From the NCBI RefSeq assembly GCF_036971445.1, contig NC_091470.1, positions 161,634,001 through 161,698,000 on the forward strand: DNA of 64,000 nt, in the 5' to 3' direction. This document shows positions 12,083 through 22,960 of the stretch, in pieces. The position numbers and the translations under genes were made by a program. Under the pieces are notes generated by a model that was given only the letters and a program-made list of their open reading frames with translations, made no database searches and was not told where the DNA came from. This stretch comes from Narcine bancroftii. Its lineage: Eukaryota. The first letter of the stretch is position 1. Each line of letters starts with the position of its first letter.

Positions 12083-12387
12083 TTTGGTGCCTGCCACATT
12101 GACCACCGCCAGTGGGCTGATAACGCCTCAAACCGTGCATCTTGGCGCCTCACAGTTTGGCGGGCAGCAACCTCCTTTGAAGAAGACCGCAGAGCCCACC
12201 TCACGAACAAAAGGCAAAGGAGGAAAAACCCAACACCCAACCCCAACCAACCAATTTTCCCTTGCAACCGCTGCAATCGTGTCTGCCTGTCCCGCATCGG
12301 ACTTGTCAGCCACAAACGAGCCTGCAGCTGACGTGGACATTTTACCCCCTCCATAAATCTTCGTCCGCGAAGCCAAGCCAAAGAAAG
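12083..12387 (+). mobile_element. 5'-truncated RTE/BovB-type LINE (3' ~305 bp)
   Basis: Near-identical reverse complement of 13178-13484; (AAGA)n tail; 13-bp TSD AATAATGTGTTGA at 12070-12082 and 12388-12400. Confidence 0.92.
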
Positions 12388-12419
12388 AATAATGTGTTGA
12401 ACAGTGACACCGAACTTGT

Positions 12420-12855
12420 TTGGAACATATTAACCGTGTTACACAGGGTTACCTTTATACCTGTATACCTTTTCTCAAGTACAAAGACTAGAACTGCACA
12501 CAGTACCTTCCAGATGCCTTCGGAAATCAAAGTATATCACATCCACTGTTTCCCTCTATCCACTGCACTTGTTATATCTTCAAAAACTCCAGTAAATTAG
12601 ATGAACACGACTTGCCTTCCTGAAGCCATGCTGTGTTTGCCTGATGCAAAAATTTATATCCAGCTGTCTCACTAATTCTTTCGTAATGATAGCTCAAGCA
12701 TTTTCCCTACTCCAGATGTTAAGCTATTGGCCTTTGTAGGCTTTGACTATCTTTTTTAAGCAGTGGCTTCACATTTGCTGACTTCCAATCTACTGTGACC
12801 TGCCCAGAGTCCAGAGAATTTTAGTGAATTACCATAAATGTATCTACTATAACTA
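12420..12855 (-). mobile_element. Old CR1 RT fragment (continues at about 16675-16970)
   Basis: Reverse complement gives D.I.FDFRRHLEG (DF.KAFD-like), QHGFRKASRV.SNLLEF and DWKSANVKPLLKK-type remnants. Confidence 0.65.
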
Positions 12856-13177
12856 TACCCAGGGATCTTCTCTGTGGATTATCGCCTTGTCGAGGTGGAG
12901 AAGCTTGTGTGGTCCAGAGATCCTGAGAGCGATGCCATCTGGAGCTCTGCTCCTGGTAGGGCCATACATGGCGGTAAGGTCGAGGGTGTAGTCCCTGACA
13001 AAGAACAATCCAACCAAGATTTCAACGGTGGAACAGGCGGACAAAATTACTTCAAACTCAATGGCTGTGAAAGTGGATGAAGGCTGCAACAAATCCATCA
13101 TCTCCAATCTCCATCCCATTGGAATTAGTTGATTGATTTGTAAAGTATCATGTGCTTCTTGAAGTGCAATATTAAGT

Positions 13178-16100
13178 TTTTTTCTTTCTTTGGCTTGGCT
13201 TCGCGGACGAAGATTTATGGAGGGGGTAAAAGTCCACGTCAGCTGCAGGCTCGTTTGTGGCTGACAAGTCCGATGCGGGACAGGCAGACACGGTTGCAGC
13301 GGCTGCAGGGGAAAATTGGTTTGTTGGGGTTGGGTGTTGGGTTTTTCCTCCTTTGCCTTTTGTCATTGAGGTGGGCTCTGCAGTCTTCTTCAAAGGAGGT
13401 TGCTGCCCGCCAAACTGTGAGGCGCCAAGATGCACGGTTTGAGGCGATATCAGCCCACTGGCGGTGGTCAATGTGGCAGGCACCAAGAGATTTCTTTAGG
13501 CAGTCCTTGTACCTTTTCTTTGGTGCACCTCTGTCACGGTGGCCAGTGGAGAGCTCGCCATATAACACGATCTTGGGAAGGCGATGGTCCTCCATTCTGG
13601 AGACGTGACCCATCCAGCGCAGCTGGATCTTCAGCAGCGTGGACTCGATGCTGTCGACCTCTGCCATCTCGAGTACTTCGACGTTAGGGATGAAAGCGCT
13701 CCAATGAATGTTGAGGATGGAGCGGAGACAACGCTGGTGGAAGCGTTCTAGGATGCCGGTAGAGGACCCATGATTCGGAGCCGAACAGGAGTGTGGGTAT
13801 GACAACGGCTCTGTATACACTTATCTTTGTGAGGTTTTTCAGTTGGTTGTTTTTCCAGACTCTTTTGTGTAGTCTTCCAAAGGCGCTATTTGCCTTGAAG
13901 AGTCTGTTGTCTATCTCATTGTCGATCCTTGCATCTGATGAAATGGTGCAGCCGAGATAGGTAAATTGGTTGACCGTTTTGAGTTTTGTGTGCCCGATGG
14001 AGATGTGGGGGGGCTGGTAGTCATGGTGGGGAGCTGGCTGATGGAGGACCTCAGTTTTCTTCAGGCTGACTTCCAGGCCAAACATTTTGGCAGTTTCCGC
14101 AAAGCAGGACGTCAAGCGCTGAAGAGCTGGCTCTGAATGGGCAACTAAAGCAGCATCATCTGCAAAGAGTAGTTCACGGACAAGTTTCTCTTGTGTCTTG
14201 GTGTGAGCTTGCAGGCACCTCAGATTGAAGAGACTGCCATCCGTGCGGTACCGGATGTAAACAGCGTCTTCATTGTTGGGGTCCTTCATGGCTTGGTTCA
14301 GCATCATGCTGAAGAAGATTGAAAAGAGGGTTGGTGCGAGAACGCAGCCTTGCTTCACGCCATTGTTAATGGAGAAGGATTCAGAGAGCTCATTGCTGTA
14401 TCTGACCCGACCTTGTTGGTTTTCGTGCAGTTGGATAATCATGTTGAGGAACTTTGGGGGACATCCGATGCGCTCTAGTATTTGCCAAAGCCCTTTCCTG
14501 CTCACGGTGTCGAAGGCTTTGGTGAGGTCAACAAAGGTGATGTAGGGTCCTTTGTTTTGTTCTCTGCACTTTTCTTGGAGCTGTCTGAGGGCAAAGACCA
14601 TGTCAGTAGTTCCTCTGTTTGCGCGAAAGCCGCACTGTGATTCTGGGAGAATATTCTCGGCGACACTAGGTATTATTCTATTTAGTAGAATCCTAGCGAA
14701 GATTTTGCCTGCAATGGAGAGCAACGTGATTCCCCTGTAGTTTGAGCAGTCTGATTTCTCGCCTTTGTTTTTGTACAGGGTGATGATGGTGGCATCACGA
14801 AGATCCTGAGGCAGTTTTCCTTGGTCCCAACAAAGCTTGAAAAACTCATGCAGTTTGGCATGCAGAGTTTTGCCGCCAGCCTTCCAGACCTCTGGGGGGA
14901 TTCCATCCATACCTGCTGCTTTGCCACTTTTCTGTTGTTCGATTGCCTTATATGTCTCATCCAGGGTGAGGACCTCATCCAGCTCTAGCCTTAGGGGCTG
15001 TTGAGGGAGCTGGAGCAGGGCGGAATCTTGGACTGAGCGGTTGGCACTGAAAAGAGATTGGAAGTGTTCTGACCATCGGTTGAGGATGGAGATCTTGTCG
15101 CTGAGGAGGATTTTGCCATCTGAGCTGCGCAGCGGGCTTTGGACTTGGGGTGAGGGGCCGTACACAGCCTTTAGAGCCTCGTAGAAACCCCTGAAGTCGC
15201 CAATGTCCGCGCTGAGCTGGGTTCGTTTGGCGAGGCTAGTCCACCACTCATTTTGGATCTCCCGGAGTTTGCGCTGAAGATGGCTGCATGCGCGATGGAA
15301 GGCTTGTTTCTTCTCTGGACAGGACGGCTTTGTAAGGTGAGCCTGGTGGGCAGCTTGCTTCTTTGCCAGCAGCTCCTGGATTTCCTGGCTGTCTTCGTCA
15401 AACCAGACCTTGTTTTTCCTGGAGGAGAAGCCCAGTACCTCTTCAGTGGATTTCAGTATGGTAGTCTTCAACTGATCCCAGAGGGTTTCAGGGGACGGGT
15501 CCTTGAGGCGGGTTGCATCGTCGAGCTTTGCTTTGAGGTTTGCCTGGAAGTTTCCTCTCGCTTCGTCTGACTGCAGGTTTCCAACATTGAACCTCTTTCT
15601 GGGGGCTTTACTGTTCCTGGGCTTTGGCTTGAAGTGAAGGTTGAGCTTGCAGCGAACCAGCCGGTGGTCAGTGTGGCATTCCGCGCTAGGCATGACCCTG
15701 GTGTGGAGCACATCTCGTTTGTCACTTTCTCGCACCAGGATGTAGTCCAGGAGGTGCCAGTGTTTGGATCGGGGATGCATCCAGGTGGTCTTAAGGCTGT
15801 CCCTCTGCTGAAAAAGGGTGTTTGTAATGACAAGCCGCTGTTCTGCGCAGAGCTCCAACAGGAGGCGCCCATTGTCGTTGCACTTGCCGACGCCATGCTT
15901 GCCCAGGATTCCTGGCCAGGTTTCTGAGTCTTTGCCGACACGAGCGTTGAAGTCACCCAGGATGACAACCTTGTCGGCTGTAGGGGTGCGTTGGATGAGG
16001 TTGCGCAGGTCGGTGTAGAACTTGTCCTTTTCTGCTGGTTCCGCCTGGAGGGTTGGGGCATAGACACTGATGAGGGTGATGCAACGCTTGTTCTGAAGGG

Positions 16101-16576
16101 GGAGTCGCATGGACATGATTCGGTCCGAGAGGCCTGTCGGAAGGTTTTCGAGTTTGGAGGCAATGAAGCTCTTGACCATGAAGCCTACACCAGATAGGCG
16201 TCGTTCATCCGAAGGCTTGCCAGACCAGTAGAGTGTGTAGCCCGCGCCGCGTTCTTGGAGGCTGCCTACATCTGCCAGGCGGACTTCACTGAGAGCGGCT
16301 ATGTCGATGTCAAGTCTGAGGAGTTCATGTGCAATGAGGGCAGACCGACATTCAGGTCGGTGGCTGTCAGCCTTGTCTAGCATGGTTCTGATGTTCCAGC
16401 ATGCTAGCTTGAGTTTGTGAGCATCTTTTGAGGGGGAGGACGTGGAGGGGGAGGACGTGGACCTGTCCTCGGGCCTGCGCAAAGGAGCTTTTAGGTGGAG
16501 TGCAGTGTGCGCAGTACTGGCCCCACCCTTTACACCCATGGTTCGTGTGCCGTGGCCAAGCAAGCTGGGACGTGGC
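13178..16576 (-). mobile_element. Near-complete young RTE-clade (BovB-like) LINE
   Basis: 9-bp TSD ATATTAAGT (13169-13177 and 16577-16585), (AAGA)n/A tail, single EN+RT ORF, CpG-rich and undecayed. Confidence 0.95.
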
Positions 16577-16578
16577 AT
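13239..16578 (-). pseudogene. RTE LINE ORF: APE endonuclease, reverse transcriptase and C-terminal Zn-finger, with one frameshift near 13752
   Basis: EN motifs WNIRT, LSEVR, YAPT, GDFNA, LDYILV, TDH. RT motifs YRGITLL, QCGFR, FVDLTKAFD, GVKQGCVLAP, LFADD, YLG. The C-terminus continues in another frame (LERFHQRCLRSIL...QLRWMGHVSRM...CSRCNRVCLSRIGLVSHKRAC). Confidence 0.93.
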
Positions 16579-17530
16579 ATTAAGTACACGTTAAACAAAT
16601 ACACACAGCTTCGCTCGGTGGAAAATGAAACAAAGTCCACCATCCTCGGCCTCAAGGGATAGTTACGACGATGGCCCTGGGCTGCATTCTGTCAGGACCA
16701 TCAACCATTGGGCCCACTGTTTGCCAAGAATTCCCTTGTCTGTGATAGCATTGACAAATGCATAATTATCTCAAGGCAAATAGCATAATTGTATAAGGTT
16801 ATCACCTCCCACTGTCTCCTTAACCTCAGTCTTCAACATGTTACTTGTGTTTTCCATTGGGAAGAATGACACAAAATAATGTTCATGGCCCTGTCCATTT
16901 CCACATGACACATTTTAGTCATTCCCTTCTCATCTTCTAAGGGACCTATGTTTACTTTAACCACTGCTTCATGCAAACTAATCTCACTAGCATGCAGAAT
17001 ACCTGAGCGACAAGAACCTATGGAAGGTATCTCAAACTATTGAAGTTTAAAACAAATAGTGCATGCCACCTCTCCCCCAATGTACTGGAATGGCAGATGG
17101 ATTAAATAAGCTATATAAACATACATGTTAAACTGAGTGAAGACATTTATGCTACACACCTCACTACTGGACCTCCGCAGCCAGGTTCAGGGTAAACAAA
17201 AGAGTTGCGTGTGCTGCTTTTATACTCCTGTGGGCCCAGGCATTGACTTGTGTGACTTCAGGTTTGAATGATGACCAGTTGGAGAGCAGAGTTGGTTGTG
17301 GGCAGATCTAATATGGTAGCAGGAGAAATGACCGTCAACCTATTACCTGCATGACCAGTGACCTTCAGTGTTATGATACCAGATCATAGTCAGAAAAAGG
17401 TTTGTTCTCAACGGGCAACACTGAATTATGAGGCGATGATCGAGTTGGATCTGTCAAATTAAAAATGTACCAGTGTGGATTGTGGAGGGTCATATCACCT
17501 CTCCATCTGGAAGCTGGTTGGAATATGGAT

Positions 17531-18079
17531 TGTGAAAGGTCATGTAACTTCTCTGGCTTGATCCTAGATGGAAGTTACTTCACCTGCCAGTTAAGGTCAA
17601 GTCCTACTCGCAGGTTAGTGCACACCTGGTCACTGGCCCCTTTAATTACCTCAGTTATACCTGGGTTGGACTCTCCATCTGATAGCACTATAAAGCCTCA
17701 CACATGTGAACCATCTGTCTCTACTTCTTCAGGGATGAACCCTCCAGGTTGGGATCCATGGGCAATAATGGAGAGTTATTGATAAGGTGTGCGCAGAGAA
17801 AAATGTTGAGGGCTGTAGAATTGTGTCTAGAAATCACTGTCCCTAGTTTAGTTTAGTTCAGTTCAGTTACTGCACTGTATCAAGGGGTGGTATGTATTGT
17901 ATATTACCTTATTGTAACGTTATCTATCCATGATTGAGTATGAGTGTGTCATACATTCCAGTGTGTGTGTGTCTGTGTCTTTTATCCCTGTGGCAATTTC
18001 CCCCAAGCATGGAAGTAAAGATTACTGTTTAACTAGCCTGTGTTCAGACTCATTACTCCTGAGACCTTTGAACACAACA
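17531..18079 (+). mobile_element. Probable solo LTR
   Basis: TGTGAAAGG start, TATA-like CTATAAAG (~17689), AGTAAA signal near 18014, ...CACAACA end; no clear TSD. Confidence 0.45.
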
Positions 18080-18389
18080 ACACAGTGCAACCTCAGATAT
18101 TCTCCCTGTTCCAATAATTTCCTTTAATCCTTTAACTCACAGAGGTCTCTGAAGTCTGCATTCCTTTTCAAAGTTTCCAGACTGGTGTTTGTGCCTGTTG
18201 TGTTTGGAAGAGTATCAGGTTCGGTGGGTTCACAGAGAGATGAGTCTGGACACAAGTGTTAAAATCACAGGTAACTTTAATGAACACATAGGAGACAACA
18301 CAGGAGAATGTCAAATGATACACAATTACTATGTTACTAAACAACTGTATAGGTTGGACGCAGGTTGGATTCAATATCAGTGGCCACAC

Positions 18390-18842
18390 CAGGGGTTTTC
18401 AAACGTTTTCTTTCCACTCACATACCACCTTAAGTAATCCCTTATTAATCACAGAGCACTTATGGTATAGGGATTACTTAAGGTGGTATGTGAATGAAAA
18501 GAAAAGTTTGAAAACCACTGTTTTAATCGTACCTAATCGTTAAGTCCACAGTTTCATAACTCCAAAGGAAATGTCCCAATGACAATATTTCAGTAACAAT
18601 TGGGTCTGGAGCAGTGGTTCTCAACCTTCCTTTCCCAAACATACCACCTAAAGCAACATAGGTTATTATTCTATAATATTTGTTAATATCCTATTTTATT
18701 CTCATGTAATAATGTAACATTTATATGACGAAACTAAAAAAAAATTGAAAGAGAAGTAATCTCTTACTAATCACAGAGCACCTATGCCATAGGGATTACT
18801 TAAGGTGGTATGTGAATGAAAATAAAAGTTTGAAATCCACTG
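18390..18842 (+). mobile_element. Composite hAT MITE, copy with flipped first subunit and a ~100-bp AT-rich insert
   Basis: CAGGGGTTTTCAAAC...GTTTGAAAACCACTG, spacer, CAGTGGTTCTCAAC...GTTTGAAATCCACTG; insert at about 18656-18757 ends in an A-rich tail. Confidence 0.85.
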
Positions 18843-19999
18843 CTTTACACGCTCAGACATTTGAGCACACACTCTACAGATAGACTTTCAAACACACTCC
18901 CAGTTCCCTGTCCCAACAGAGGTGCGGCTCTCTCAAAGCATTGATCTATTGCATTCTATGGTTCAGCTCAAAGGTCATGCAACCTTACCTGCGACACTTC
19001 CAATGATGTTCACAGTAGCGACCTGGCGTGGAACGACGTTTGGGGCTTAGACCACGAGGCAGAGACCAAGAATGTGCTATGCATTGATGTTATATACAGT
19101 TCTGATCTGGAAGCCGAGCCAATAATGTCCCTAGTCATGTAAATGAGCCATCAGCAAGGTGTGCGCTAATGAGTGGCCGAGTCTAACCTTGATTGACAGG
19201 TGATGTGACTTCCAAATAAGTTTCAGATGGGATAGGACCACCCGCAATCCATAATATTCTGGACAGGCAGAGGGGCCATGCGTTTCTCCACAATACACAT
19301 AAAACAGTGGCAAGACCCCAAATGCTGGAACTCCCCCTCCAAATCTTATCGTCTCATCATCCTCTTTCCCTGATTCAAGCTTTCCCTTAAAAGCGACTTC
19401 ATTGGGCATTCTTTGTGTGACATTCAATGCATATAACTGAGAGAAGCTCTGTTGTACACTTTGCATACCAATAATATTTTGATATAAAATGCATGAAAAA
19501 CTTTTAAATTCGCTCGTACAGAAGATGGGATTTTGGAACTGTTAGTCATATAGATGATTAAGCCCTCGTAATATTGTTTTACAGATACCCATAAAGATCG
19601 AATGTAGCTGAATACAGCTGCATGGTAAATTTGGTGAATATTGTATTCGTTAAAAATAAGAAAATGCTATTTTGTTGAACTGGTAATTACTAAATTATAT
19701 TATTGCAGTTGGTAAAGCTCAGCAATATTATCTAGATATTGTTATGTTCATCAGTAAGTCTGAAAATGAATAGATAAATTATTAACAACATTTATTTTAT
19801 CTATGGGTTAGCAATACTGCACAAATCTTGTTACCATAGCTTTAGAGTCCATAGTACAGTTTAGTCATAATGGTCAGATCTTATACTACAGTTCAGTCAT
19901 ACAGGTATTGTGACTAGTGGATTACTATAATGCATAGATATTGTTTACTGCTGTAAAAGCAATACCGGATAGTGTTCAGTTGATTGATATTAATCATCC

Positions 20000-20420
20000 T
20001 GGTTGTTGTCAGGTCACCTGTCGGAGTGCTTCTGGTCCCATGTAACCCAGTAACTACCCGTGGCATGGTTGGCGTCTAAATCTGCTCCCCCATCAGGCTT
20101 GCATGGTGTGGAGGGTAGCTAGACACCCTACAGGATGAAAAACAAGACCTGCCAAAGGGCGGATGAACCCTCTTGTAAGGTCAACGGCCATCTAGCAAAT
20201 CCACGTCGTGAAACATGGAAGGGGCATCCCTTGCGACGGAGCTTTGTCTGGCCATTTACTGCAACAGAACTTTCCCCCAGCCGTCTTGGACCTCACCACG
20301 CCACTGGATCCAGGAGGGTGTTGAGCGGGCGGGCCCCTACTCATCTAAAATCCATTCATGCACATGCTGGTATCCTCACATCAAGCCCCACAAACTGACT
20401 GAAAGGAATCATCATCATCC
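20000..20420 (+). mobile_element. RTE-related SINE-like element with (ATC)n tail
   Basis: GC-rich, CpG-retaining island with a structured 5' region, ends GGAATCATCATCATC; ATCATCC at both flanks (19993-19999 and 20414-20420). Confidence 0.55.
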
Positions 20421-20974
20421 AATGGGATGGAGAACCAGAAGAATTAGTCATCCACACAAATATTTTCACCGTAACCCATCATCTTTCACTCCAAACCTGT
20501 TTAGTTTACTAACCTATTCCTGAGAGGTGGAAAAACAGTTGTAGATAGGAGTAAGTGCAGTAGAACCGAATGTTGTCATGTTGCTGCAGGACAATTATGT
20601 GTTTTGATGTGAGTGGGATTATTCTTCAAAAGAAATGTTGTTGCAAATCTTGTGTTTACCGAGACTTTGATTATGAATCTTGCAGAAAATACAATTTCCC
20701 TTCAAGTATTCCTGAAAAAGACATAGAAGTATCTCCAATTGTTTTTGAGAACAAATAATTTTCTTCCCTATGAGTTGCTTTTCTGTCAAAATGTCGATGG
20801 TGTGACCTCTACGTTGGGTGTTCCATTGTACACTCCTAGCAATGTCCTGATTAATGAGCTTCCATCTAGGAAGCAAAAGAATAAATGACATACATTTAGA
20901 ATTCACTTCTGCACCTCTTCCATCACATGAATGCTGTACTTTCAAATTTGACTATGAAATCTGGAACATTTTTT

Positions 20975-21330
20975 TCTTTTTCAATATTTTTATCAGCATT
21001 GAAATTTCACATCCAAAAATACAGAGTATATATGTTAAAATTCAAAAAGATACATTACACTTAAATCATATTTCATCCAAGATTCTCCACATTTTAATCA
21101 GATTATATGGTACTGATATTTTGTAATAAAAAAAGAAAGAAAAAAGTTAAATAAAAACACGGATAGAATTCTATCTTTCTTTCAAATGTCCTCATTAGAT
21201 AACAGTTCACACTTCATAACAAATCAAAGATTATAAAAGTAATTCAAAAAGGGTCCCCACCGTGTTTGAAAATTTAAATTCGAACCAGAAATTCAGTATC
21301 GAATCTTCTCTAAATCTAAACTTGAAATGA
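20975..21330 (-). mobile_element. L1 LINE 3' end (ORF2 C-terminus plus 3' UTR)
   Basis: Reverse complement reads LDLEKIRY*ISGSNLNFQTRWGPFLNYF, like a fish L1 ORF2 terminus, followed by an AT-rich UTR and A-rich tail. Confidence 0.65.
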
Positions 21331-21597
21331 CGATGTTATAGGCCCAGAGGACCCCAAAACCCAGCAGCCATAGAAATTGACCAAGACAAATGGTTGCATA
21401 AACGAAAGTTGCTTTTAATTATCTTTAAACATGAAAACAGGATCAAACTCAAACTTATTACTATTAACTATTATAATAATCCACCCATCTAACCATTGAA
21501 CTGTAGGGTTATCATTGTTCTTATAATTGGAATAGAATCCTAGGTTTAGACTCATACTTCACTCTGCTAAAATTGGTTAAATCTGCCAGGTTGAATG

Positions 21598-22173
21598 AGA
21601 TTTGAATTTTGTTTTAAAATGGTGGTTTATGTGACTAATATGATGATAGATGTGAAGTTAGTTGATATTTGGTGAAGGTTTATCTCTATAGAGAAAGTTT
21701 TTTTTTCATGCTACAATTTTTTTTTAAGAATTGCTTATTGTTTAAGAATTTTTGATAGATAATGTTACTAACTTTACTAATTTTTTATATTAAGTTTGAT
21801 CTTAACTCCGTTTGTTAAATATATGCATTTAAGTTTGATTTAAATAAGTTTTTAAAGTCTGATATCTTAGTATTAATTACTTTTCTTTTTGTTAGTATTT
21901 TAATCAGTTATGTTTTTGTTTTTTTTTGTAAGTGGGTTTTTTTCTCACATATATTATTAACTTTATTAATTCTTCACTCTTTATTTTGGGGGGGAAAGGG
22001 GGGGTTGGACTAATTTGAGTTGGGTTATTAATGTGTAATAATTATTGGGGAGGGCATAGTTTATTTAGATTACTGATATTGTATTGTAATTTTATTAATT
22101 TATTCTTAATTTTTTTTAATGTAATCCTATATGTTATTCATGTTATTAAAATCTTAAATAAAGTTTAAAAAAA
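21598..22173 (+). mobile_element. 5'-truncated L1-type insertion (T-rich 3' UTR plus poly-A)
   Basis: 19-bp TSD AAATCTGCCAGGTTGAATG (21579-21597 and 22174-22192), TT/AAA target, AATAAA followed by poly-A. Confidence 0.85.
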
Positions 22174-22214
22174 AAATCTGCCAGGTTGAATGGTGCACTA
22201 ACAACAATATGAGC

Positions 22215-22960
22215 AAAGCCTGAGAGCTAATTACTCTCTTTAGGAAGGGAAAGCCTCCAGTGATCATTGGAGGTTTTAGAGGTGGAGAAGGTGAGCAAAT
22301 TTGTTTTTTTGGATTTACTATCTCGGAGGATCGTTCCTGGACCTCCAACATGCAAATAGCATTGTGAAGAAAGCACATCAGCACCTCTACTTCCTCAAGA
22401 GTCTGTGGCGGTTTGGCAGGATATCAGAAACCCTGGCAAAATTCTTCAGATGTGTGGTGGAAACTGTGCTGACTGGCTGTATCACGGTCTGGTATTGTGA
22501 CACCAATGCCCCTGAGCAGAAAGCCCTGCAAAAGGTAGTGGACACAGCCCAGGACATCACAGGCAAACCCCTCCCCACCACCGAGAACATCTACTCAAGG
22601 ATCCACATCACCCAGCACACGTCCTGTTCTCACTGCTATTATCAGGAAAGAGGTATAGGTGCCATAAGACACACCCCCAGGTTCAGGAACAGCTGCTCCC
22701 CCTCCACCATCAGACTCCTCAACAATAAACTGAATCAGGGACTAACTTAAGGACTCTTGTACTCTACTGATTTTTAAACATTTCTCTATTGCACAGTCAG
22801 CTTGTTTACATTTATTTATTTGTTTAAATGTATGCATTGGTGCAGTTTTTTTTGCACTGCCAATAAGCAGCAATTCTGCCTTGCCCACAGAAAAATAATC
22901 TCAGGGTTGTTTGTGATGTCATGTATGTTCTCTGAGAATAAATCTGAAATCCGATTCTGA
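22215..22960 (+). mobile_element. Rex/Babar LINE 3' fragment
   Basis: IVKKAHQHLYFLKSLWRFG...FFRCVVETVLTGCITVWY...LQKVVDTAQDITG; tail AATAAATCTGAAATCCGA. Confidence 0.85.

Larger units (their letters stand above)
12860..16672 (+). mobile_element. RTE-derived non-autonomous SINE-like element (12860-13177 plus 16586-16672), split by the RTE LINE insertion
   Basis: The 5' part resembles RTE/Rex3 5' UTR (CGCCTTGTCGAGGTGGAGAAGCTTG...GCTCCTGGTAGGGCC...CATGGC...GACAAAGAAC). The sequence resumes after the TSD and ends in a GACGATG-type tail. Confidence 0.55.

Noticed and set aside
13150-16197. Overlapping and antisense ORFs of 60-231 aa around the RTE ORF
   Set aside because: Shadow frames of a GC-rich LINE coding region; only 13239-13750 is the true frameshifted C-terminus.
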